DNA from: the human T2T-CHM13v2.0 reference genome, Homo sapiens | Reading direction: 5' to 3' (one strand) | NCBI RefSeq assembly: GCF_009914755.1 | Contig: NC_060929.1 | DNA length: 64,000 nt | Shown: one piece after another, positions 54,203 to 64,000 of the stretch | Layout: every line of letters begins with the position of its first letter | Numbering within the stretch: position 1 is the first letter of the stretch | Translations under genes and position numbers: made by a program | Notes under the pieces: generated by a model | The model's input: the letters and a program-made list of their open reading frames with translations, nothing else | Databases searched by the model: none | Told to the model about the DNA's origin: nothing

Positions 54203-54328
54203 AAGAACATTTTAAATTTTGGGAGAGGTGTTTGTGTGTATATTAGTTTGTGCACACATTAAGTTAATATTAGGTCATTCTTCAGTTTAACTATTTAAAA
54301 TGTGCGTTTTTCATTTTACACAAAATTT

Positions 54329-54434
54329 CTTTCCTTCCTTCCTTCCCTCCCTCCCTTCCTCCCCCCTTCTCTCTCTTTCCCTTTGTTTCTCTCTCCCTTT
54401 CTTTCTCTCTCCCTCTTTCTTTCTCTTTCTTTTT

Positions 54435-54474
<40 letters not shown>

Positions 54475-54815
54475 ACTTTCTTTCTCTTTCTTTCCTTTCT
54501 TCTTTCCCCTTCCTTCCTTCCTTGCTCCCTCCCTCCCTCCTTCCTTCCCTCCCTCTCTCTCTCGCTTTCTTGCTTTCCTGCTTCTTTCTTCCTTCCTTCC
54601 TTCCTCCCTTCCTTCCTCCCTCCCTCCCTCCCTCTCTGTCTTGCTTTCTCGCTTTCCTCTTTTTTCTTTCTTTCTCTTCTTTTTCTTTCTTCCTTTTTCT
54701 TTCTTTCTCTTCTTTTTCTTTCCTCTTCTTTCTTTCTTTTTCTTTCTTTCTCTTGTTTTTCTTTCTTCTTGTCTTTCTTGTCTTTCCTTTCTTTCCTTTC
54801 TTTTTTTTCTTCTTT
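54329..54815. repeat. ~490-bp polypyrimidine tract (TTCC/TTTC/TCCC)
   Basis: Almost entirely C/T on the + strand. Confidence 0.95.
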
Positions 54816-54934
54816 CAAGGCAAGGTGTCTCACTTCATTGCCCAGGCTGGTTTTGCACTCCTAGCCTCAAGATATCCTCCTGTCTCCACCACCCAATGTG
54901 CTGAGATTACAGGTGTGTGCCACTGTGCCTGGCC
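54816..54934 (-). mobile_element. FLAM monomer
   Basis: gtctcacttcattgcccaggctgg...gattacaggtgtgtgccactgtgcctggcc; TSD 14/17 at 54312-54328 / 54935-54951. Confidence 0.85.
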
Positions 54935-57599
54935 CATGCTACATAAAATTTAAACCTACCATCTTTTGTTAGCATATTGTGAATTGCATGATTCTTAGTA
55001 TGATCCAGATATGAGTTTATCTTTGCTTATACACTAATTCCAAGACAATCTTTGCTTTCAAGTTTTATTTAGGTTTATTAGGGCTCCTTAATCATTTATT
55101 GTTAAAAAGGCCTGATCTAGTTACATTTTTTTTTTACTAGTTACACTTTGTTGTTGTTTTTTTTTTTTTTAACCATGTTCTCTTCTCCCAGTTAGCAGCC
55201 TGTGGCTTATTATTATTTTTTAATGAAATTTATTGCTTTTCAGGACTGATGCCTGTAGGTGACCTCTTGCTGTATACTAGGCTGAAGTATGCCTTTTCTT
55301 GGCTGTTTCTGAACTCTTGCTTATAAGGGTAACATAGAATATTCTCCCTGCTCCCAAGTTGTATCCTGCTGTCCCTTATTACCCCCTATCTTTAGAGAGG
55401 ACTTGTAGCCAACTTGTGATGTTCTGTCTCTTTAAACATAAACTTCCTTGACTACTTTCTTCACCGTGACACTGCCGCTGCAAATCGCCATCTCCACTTT
55501 TGAAAATATAAATTCATAAGCTTTTATGATTACAAGGAGGAAATTATGTATTTTGCATTTTTTCATGTATATACAAACAAGGATTTTTATTATTTCTAGC
55601 CTGAGATCATACATATATATGAAATATTGAAAGCAATATGTATTTTACAAATAATACATTCTGTCCCAGGTGCCTCCTGCATGCAAATTTTTAATAAAAT
55701 CACCTATTGACAACCTTTATTCTATGAGAACAGCTCTTTAATTTTGAGCTTTTTCTAAAAGATCTTTCTGTCTAGTTAATTACAGATATGCATGTACATA
55801 GATATATTTTAAAGTATTTGATATTTATATTAAATCAACTAATGTATCTGGCATAATGATGCATTTATTAAGAAATCCTAGCCTCCCTTTTAAAACATAG
55901 ACTCTCCTCCCTTGTCACGTCATATAAATGATTTGATAAAGTAAAGCTCCTCCAGTGTTTGGTCTGCCATTTATTTCATTCCCAGTCAAATGCTTCCCTT
56001 CAACATCTGTTTAAAATGCAGTTCGTTTCCTTTATGTTTATATTTTATTGACTTTGCTATAATGTTTTCTGAGAGCATAAATAGTAATACAGCTCAGTCA
56101 TTTTTTCTTTCCAACTGCTACAATTATTGTTTCTTTAAATTTCCACAAACTCTGGATTATTGAGTTACTTGCAGTTATTGGATTTTTGTTTCTTGCCTAC
56201 CCAGAGCTCACATTTCCAAATCACAGAGCAGGCTGCATTTTTCTGCATTTCCCTACCTTTACTATCTTACTTTATAAGACTAATATAAAGAAAAGAAGAA
56301 ATCTATAATCCTAACATAATATATGTGAATTTTCTTTTAATATAGAAAAGTATGGATCTATAAACTATTTATATATTTTTTTCATTTCTTTCCTGTAATG
56401 ATGATTTTTCTCAAGGGATCTGTTGGATTTAAAGCCCTAAATAAAATCTTTTCACCCACATTTCAAATTTCCTACACATTTTTAATAACTATAACCTATG
56501 TTAGAGTCTCTTGCCTTTATATAAGTCTTTGCTCATTTCTCATATCCCAATTTCTGTGCTAAGTTTGTGCTTCCTTTGGTCACGGTGTATATATTCACAG
56601 TTTTCCATTAGAATTTATGACAGAATAAACTGAAGAGCCAATATTTATTTTGCTTAGGTAGAGATACATTTAACACAAGGCTGTATCAATTTCATTAGTC
56701 CTTTTTCAAGTTTGGTTTTACTTGATTGTTAAATTTCTCCACATAAATTTTTTAAAACTTTATAGTGCTTCAAGATTATTATAATAATCATTTTCATTTT
56801 CTATATTGTTTGACACTAAATCATATTCAAGTATATGTTTTATTGTCTTTTAACTGTTTTTAGACTAAATCTTGAGGTGTACATTTTTTTGCTTAAAGTT
56901 ATTTAAGCTCACAAAATATCCCGTAAGATTTTTTCCTTTCAAATTGACATTAGCTTTTCTAAATTGCCTAATTTTTTTATGCCTCATTATTAAAAGGAAC
57001 ATTATTTCTGCAATTAGCATTTTTGGTATTTTGCTAACTAGCTAAAAGTTTCAGTTGAACTGCTTATTTATTTATGTCAGTGATATTTTAATTTTGTGTA
57101 TAAAAATCTTGATTAGTTTTCTTATAGGCAAATATACACTGATATTTTTTCTAATATTGAGAATTATATTAATTCAGTTTTTAAGCCATTACATGATGGC
57201 CACCTGGTCTGCATTGTTGATAATTATGAGGCTGCTCTAATATCATTATCATCTCTTTTCTTTATTAAAGGCAGTTTTAAAGTTTCATTCATTAGATTCA
57301 TATATTTGATCAATTCTAGGAATTTGTTAGATAATATATTTTCAAGTATTGCAACTAATGCAGTAACACTATTCTGTTTGCTTACACTTAAATAGAATGC
57401 ATATGGCAGATTTTATCATGCTATGTTATCTCTTAAATCAACTATTATAATATTTTTATAGTGTTATATCTTTCTGCTATGGTCTGTAATTTTAAAGATC
57501 TATTTTGTAGTTCACTAATTTTATTTTCAGCTATATCTAATCTGATATTTAATTATCCATTGATATTATTTCAAATTAATTAATTCCTAATTAATTTTT

Positions 57600-59320
57600 A
57601 ATTAAAAGACAATCTTTAGCACAGTTTTGAGTTTACAGAATAATTGAGCAGAAAGTATACAGAATTCCCATAGATTTCCTCTCCTTCTGTCTACAATTTC
57701 CCCTATTATTAACATCTTGCCTTGATATGTTATATTTGCTGCAATTGATGAACCAACAATGACTAACGATAGTCCATAGTTTACATTGGGGTTTACCCTT
57801 TGTGTTATACAGTTCTATGGATTTTGACAAATTCCTAATGTTATATGTCCACTGTTATAGAATCATACAGAATAATTTTACTGCCCTAAAAAATCCTTCT
57901 TCTCTATTTATCCTTCTCCATTCCTCACTGCCCTCTCCCCAAACCTTTGGCAGCCACCGATCTAATGTTTCTGTAGTTTTGCTTTTTACAAAATGTCTTA
58001 TAATCACAGAGGGCATTTTGTTTGACTGGCTTGCCAATATGTATTTAAGGTTCCTCCTTGTTGTTTCATGGCTTGACAGCTCATCTCCTTTTGTCACTAA
58101 ATAATTAATATTCCATTGTGTGGATGTAAATTGCGTGGACTGTTTATTTACTCACCTATTGAAGGACATCTTGTTTGCATCCACATTTTGGCAATTATGA
58201 GTAAAGCTGTGTTAAACATTCATGCACAGCTTTTTGTGTGAATATGTTTTCGGTAAATACCAAGAAGCACAATTTTTGGATTGTATAGCAAGATTATATT
58301 TAGCTTTGTAAGAAACTGCAAAATTGTCTCTTCCACGATGGATGTACCATTTTGTATCTCCAAAAGCAACAAATGAGAGTTTCTGTTGCTCCACATCCTC
58401 ACTAACATTTGGTGTCAATGTTTTAAATTTTGGCTATTCTAATAGATTTGTAGTGGTATCTCATTTTTATTTTAATTTAAAATTCATTGATAATATGAGT
58501 TGAAGTATCTTTTTATATATTTATTTTCCATCAGCATATCTTCTTCATGGGGATCTGTTCAGATATTTGAACACTTTTTAATTGGGTCATTTGGTTCCTT
58601 ATTGTTGAATTTTAAGCATTCTTTATATATTTTGAATACAAGTTCTTTATGAGGTAAGTGTTTTGTAAATATTTATCTCAGTCTGTGGCTTGTCTTTTCA
58701 TTTTCTTTATGTGACTTTTATTGAACAGAATTTTTTAATTTTAATAAAATCCAACTTATCCAGTGTTCTTTCCTAGATCCTGTTCTTTGGTGTTTTATCT
58801 AAAATCTCACTGCCAAACTCAAGATCATCTAGTTTTTCTCCTATGTTATCTTCCAGAAGGTTTTTTAATTTCACATTTTACATTTTGGTAATTGATTCAT
58901 TTCAAGTCAATTCTGTGAAGGTTGTAAAGTCAGTGTCTAGATTCTTATTTATTTATTATTTTTTTTCCATGTGGATGTCCAGTTTTTGCAGCACTATTTG
59001 CTGAAAGACTAACTTTCTCCATTAGATGACTTTTGCTCCTTTGTCAAAGATTGGTTGACTGTATTTGTGTGAGTCTATTTTGAGGCCCTGTAAGCAGTTT
59101 CATTGATCTATTTGTGTATTCTCTTGCCATTACCACACTGTCTTGATTACTATTGCTTTATAGTAAGCAAGTCTGGAAGTTAGGTGAGTCAGATAGTGTC
59201 AATCCTCTGGCTTAGTTCTTCTTCAGTATTCTGCTTCTGGCTATTCTGCTTCTTTTACTTTTACATATAAACATCAGGATTGGTTTGTTGACATCCACAT
59301 TCATTTTTATTTTAATTCCA
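57600..59320 (-). mobile_element. L1MC-type 3' fragment
   Basis: gtttacagaataattgagcagaaagta...cctattattaacatcttg...gcaattgatgaacca; antisense ORF2 C-terminal similarity. Confidence 0.8.
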
Positions 59321-59999
59321 TTGGTTTTGAATATGACAGAAATGGAGATATTCCAAAGTCCTGGTTTTGAGAGGGAAGGTATATTTTTAAATCTTCATTA
59401 TTTATTCATAGTCTTGTATTCTTTGCTTATTTGTGTTGCCTCTTTAGTTAATTTAAATATTTTAAACATCTATGTTTAATTATTTTGCATGAGATACTTC
59501 AAATATATAATATCCTAGAATGTCTAGTTATGTCGCTTATTGTTTCTCACACATGACATCTTGTTTATTCGTGTGTTTTGTTATTGGAGATCATGAATTC
59601 ATAGTCATCAGGTTTTTAATGTGGAAAAAATATTAGACCTTGATTGAGCATACATCGTTGCAGAGAGAATTTATTTTTGTATTTAAAAGGACTGAGGCAT
59701 ATGGAACTATTACTAACCTGGATTACATACAGTGAATTTTTTGACATTTATTTTTGGATTCTTCCATATACAAACAATGTGTGTATAAATTTTGAGCCCA
59801 TTTGAAGGAAGGCTGATGGCCCCAAATTCTTGGAGAATTATTTTACTCCTCAAATTTTAGTCCAAGAGAAGTAGTCTTTCATCTTTATTTGACAGTTGGG
59901 TGGTTTTATCTACCCTGGCATAGGTCAGAATGTGAGGTGAAGATTATTATTGACATAATTTATTGTGTAAGTTCTCTCTACTCTTCAAAAAAAGAGTAA

Positions 60000-61850
60000 C
60001 GAGGGGCATAGGGCTGGCAAACTAATTCTATCAACTTGTTTGTTTGGTGACTCTTCTTCTTATGATAGTCTCTCATGGAAAAACACTCACATTTTGTACC
60101 CACTCCCATAGTTCTATCCATGTCTCTCCCCAGTCTTTCAATACTATTCCTTCCAGGTTTCTGTTCAACTGTCTAAGGCATTTGCCATTGCCCATGAATC
60201 TGAGTATACCTTGGCCACTTATTTCTCCAAATAAAGTTGATGACCTGATTTACTGTCCAAATTCAACCCTTTGGAAGGTAGTTTCTTCACTGTGGTCCTT
60301 CAGGCCACTCCTAAATGGGGGTTTTGTCCAAGAGCAGTTCATTTTTGGCTTGCACTCACATACCAAGCAGACACATCCATGAGCTAAGATTGGGCTCTTT
60401 CCTCCTCTGTAAGCTCATCAGAGGGAAACTCCCTTAGGGCCATGAGCTGAGAGAAGCATCAGTGAGAGAATGGTAAAAACACGGTGGGCCCTGGCCTCCT
60501 GTGTTACATCTTACTTATGCCCTCTAGAATTAATCGTAATTCTAGATATATCATTTCCGTATCATGAAAGATTGTTGCACAGTGTCTCCCCATCCCTGAC
60601 CTTGTGATTTGGAGGGTTTGATAATACCTACGTCATAATGAGTAGTCCTGGCTGCATGGTTGCTTGATGTCCTTTGGTCAGTTCAGCTTCTATCAGAGAT
60701 CATTAGCAAAACAAAAGCTATTTTTAAAATAATGTATAGTTATCTACTGTGGATGGCATGGTTTTGCTACAGGATCCAAGTGATTGTATTATAGATCTTG
60801 TATTAGGATTTGCCAGAGCCTCCACATGGTACTTTTTCCACCTCAGATACATGTATTACCATGGGACCTTCAAGTCATGTGCCCTAAATGGCAGAGCCCT
60901 GTTCTGGGCCCACACAAAGTCAGGACCCTCTGTCTCATCCAACAAACAGGTTAGGTCAGTATTTCCAACTGCAATATATGCTGTCTCCAAATCTCAAAGA
61001 GTGTTCTGCTTCCTTCTTAGTTACATGAGGTGCAAGGCACAAAACATCTTTTGCTTCAGCTTCACTGATGTACCAGGGTTGTAAATCCTTGCAGTGCTTA
61101 CCTCTCATTCTTGAGAATGCATGTGTCTTATTAAGGTATTTAGAGGACTCACCAGGTCTTGTTCATCAGGACCAATTACATAATATCATCAGTATAGTAG
61201 ATTAATATATTATCTACTGAATGGATTATTTTCATTTGGATGCCCAGATAGTTCTTTCATACAATATTCTAATAGAGAGCAAGATAAATAATATAGTCTT
61301 CAGGAAAACCAGAAATATATGTAGTCATCTCTCCCAGGTGAATGCAGAAGATTCTGATTTTTTTCTTTTAATGGTTATGGGAAACAAAGTATTCATTAGA
61401 TCAATAGCCACATACTATGTAAACAAAATTGTGTTAATTTGCTCTAGAAGAGACACCACATCTAACACAGCAGTGGCTTCTGGGGCTACCAACTGGTTAA
61501 GTTTGCAGTAGACTACTATTATCTACCATGATTCATTAAGTTTTTGGACTGACCAGGCTGGGGAATTGAATGGGGCTACTACTGCTATATTATTTAAGTC
61601 TTTGAGAAGATCATTAATACCTGCACTCCTCCATGACCCATTATTGTATCACTACCTTAGCAGAGGGAAGGCATTTCAGGGGCTTTTACATGGCTCTTAC
61701 CCTGCAGGTCAAGATTTTGCCTTGTAAGGATTTTGCCAGCTTCTAAATGTGGCCATTTCAAATATACATTGGGTACCAGGGAAATGATCAATAGTTGGCT
61801 CTGAGGATGCCATGAGAATGAACATACCCCATAATTCCAGTTATTACTTG
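60000..61850 (-). mobile_element. ERVL-class pol (RT/RNase H) relic
   Basis: Minus strand reads APFNSPAWSVQKLNESW*IIVVYCKLNQLVAP (~61480-61580) and LIYYTDDIM*IGP (YTDD at 61196-61185), matching ERVL RT motifs SPFNSP.W..Y.KLNQ and YIDD. Confidence 0.8.
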
Positions 61851-61869
61851 GCAAATCAAACTAGTCCAT

Positions 61870-63060
61870 CCACAGAGAACAGCTATAAAAACTAATAAAA
61901 CATATTTAAAATAGCTGCTTGAAGCACAAGAAATCCAGAAAGACAACAGAATTAAGGTCTAGAGAAGAACAAAGAATAGATAGATGAGCATAATATTTGA
62001 AACAGCTTTACCCCTTGATATGTCTATTATTTAGAGGAAAAGTGGAAATATACCAGCCCACAGGAGCACTAAATCTCACCATTCAAACATCTCAATTTTT
62101 GAAATCGATTGTGTGATTCCAGATTACTAGGACCCTTGAACATCTGTCAGATGCAAATATAAATCTTCTCAAGAAGGAAGAAAACATTGACCTGGGATTC
62201 AAAAATTACTTTTATAATTAATTATATACAGTATCAGGCATTTAATGAAAAAAATATGAGGCCTGTAAGGAAAGAAGCCATCGTGTTAGAAAATCAAGAG
62301 AAACAAATACAATCATAAAGAATGACACAGAGGATTCAGATAATGTAATTATCAGTTACAGACTTTAAAATAACTAGCTTAATATGAAAAAGGCCTTAAA
62401 AGACAAATCTGAGAATTTCAGTAGAGAACAAAAAAATACAATGTGAAACAAATACATATTATAGAACTAAAAAAATGAAATAACCAAAAGAAATAATTTA
62501 ATTGATAAAGTTAATAACAGGTTAGAAATTGCTGAAGCATGAAACTGAAGAAAATTGCTAGAATGAAGTACAGGGAGACAAAATAATGGAAAATAGAGAA
62601 AAGAAAGAGAGTAAGAGTTGCAGAGAGGTCTAACATGCATGTAACTGGAGTTCTAGGAGGAGAGGAGAGAAAATGACAGAATGAATATTTGAGAAGGTAA
62701 TTGCTAAAAATGAAGAAAGATTTCAGGATACAGATTCAAGAAGACCTAAAGGATCAGAAGAAATATAAGTAAAAAGAAATCCATACCTTAGCACTTCATA
62801 GTAAAACCCCTGGGGAGAAAAGAGAAAGAATAGACATTAAAAGAAGTGGAAGAAAAAAAGACTATTTTCAAAGAAGTAATAATTGTCTCAACAACTGACT
62901 ACTCCAATGAAACAATGAAAGCAGAAAATGCTGGAATAATATCTGCAAAGTATTGAAAGAAAATAACCTAGAATATCATATCCAGTGAAAAATGTCTTTC
63001 AAAAAGGAAGATGAGAAGTCAAAATGAACTAACTTATGCATGATAGCAAATTATGAAAGC
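61870..63060 (+). mobile_element. old L1M 5'/ORF1 relic
   Basis: A-rich ORF1-like tracts (gtctaacatgcatgtaactggagttctaggagg; acagattcaagaag; aacctagaatatcatatccagtgaaa). Confidence 0.65.
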
Positions 63061-63374
63061 TGGACAAGAAAATAACACCAAAAGAAAATAATTGTTCGAC
63101 TTCAAAGGATAATCAAACAGAAAACCCGGGCTGTAATCCTTGAAAGAGTTTGAAGTGCATGAGGTGAGCTTCATATTTATTATGAATTTTCTCCTGGAAG
63201 TATTTTATAGTTTCTGGGGGCAGGGGGGACAATGTTTAAGCTTGGCAGTGCATTCTTGCTGGGCTGAAGAGACAAAGATTAGAGTTTGGGGTCACCAATA
63301 TGGATGGAAATCAAGGAACAAAATTTAGGAGAGAAGGTAGCCACAGAAAATGCTTTCTCAGATATGGGCATTCT

Positions 63375-63704
63375 CTTTTGCTTTCTTTTCTTTTCTTTCT
63401 TTCTTTTCTTTTCTTTTTTTGAGACAGGGTCTCTCTGTGTCACCCAGGTTGGACAGGTTGAAGTACAGTGGCGTGATCTCGGCTCACTGCATCCTCCACC
63501 TCCCTGGGCTCAAGTAGTCCTCCCACCTCAGCCTCCCGAGTGGCTGGGACTACAGGTGCATGCCACCACACCTGGCTAATTTTTGCATTTTTTGTAGATG
63601 TGGGGAGGTTTCACCATGTTGGCCAGGCTCTTGGGTCCAAGTGATTCTCCCACATGAGCCCCCCAAAGTGCTGGGATTACAGGCATGAGCCACAAATGGC
63701 CAGC
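63375..63704 (-). mobile_element. AluJ with CT-rich tail
   Basis: ctccctgggctcaagtagtcctcccacctcag; TSD tatgggcattct (63363-63374) / tatggacattct (63705-63716). Confidence 0.9.
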
Positions 63705-63799
63705 TATGGACATTCTGATGTGCCTTTATTCTTCATCCCAGTTTTTGGATTTTATGCCAAAGTATATTTTCTTGGGTATGGAGCAAACAGGATCTTCCT

Positions 63800-64000
63800 T
63801 TTCTTTCTTATCTCTATGTCTTAAGTATATTTTCTCATTTTCTGTATCCCTGGTGCTCTGGCATTTGAAGCCTGGCAAACACAGAGAATTGCCTCTCCCA
63901 GGATTAACTACTTCTTAGAGATAACAACCAACTTGCCTGCCAATATACCTTTGATATGCAAGCCAATCCACCCTGAATTCACACCCCCACCCATCTCCTT
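63800..64000 (+). mobile_element. ERVL LTR fragment (MER74/MER54-like), runs off the window
   Basis: ctcccaggattaactacttcttagagataac...tgatatgcaagccaatcca...cacaccccca. Confidence 0.55.

Noticed and set aside
54291-54953. Three long ORFs (180-217 aa; K/E/R-rich or F/S/L-rich)
   Set aside because: They are translations of the CT-rich tract, which cannot contain stop codons; not genes.

Overview
This is primate (hominoid-like, probably human or great ape) nuclear DNA that is AT-rich and made up mostly of transposable elements. I found no credible protein-coding exon, RNA gene, CRISPR array or prokaryotic system, and almost every ORF in the track comes from L1, ERV, Alu or low-complexity sequence. 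The main elements are two young L1PA2/3-type LINE-1s on the minus strand. One is cut by the window edge; the other is full-length (~6.03 kb) with target-site duplications (TSDs) and only a few disabling lesions. Also present are an old L1 holding a nested 5'-inverted L1, a complete THE1A MaLR, a complete MER4-group (MER61-like) ERV1 provirus with LTRs, PBS-Pro and gag/env relics, a near-full-length L1MA lacking its endonuclease region, an ERVL pol relic, a hAT-Charlie relic, Alus, MIRs, L2s and microsatellites. Structure not explained by these calls includes a nested AT-rich palindrome (22330-22470), a local ~250-bp duplication flanked by 17-bp direct repeats, apparently shared non-consensus variants between the two young L1s, and a ~490-bp polypyrimidine tract grown from a FLAM tail. 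I see no evidence of a new biological system. Subfamily names come from recalled consensus sequences and need Dfam/RepeatMasker confirmation.
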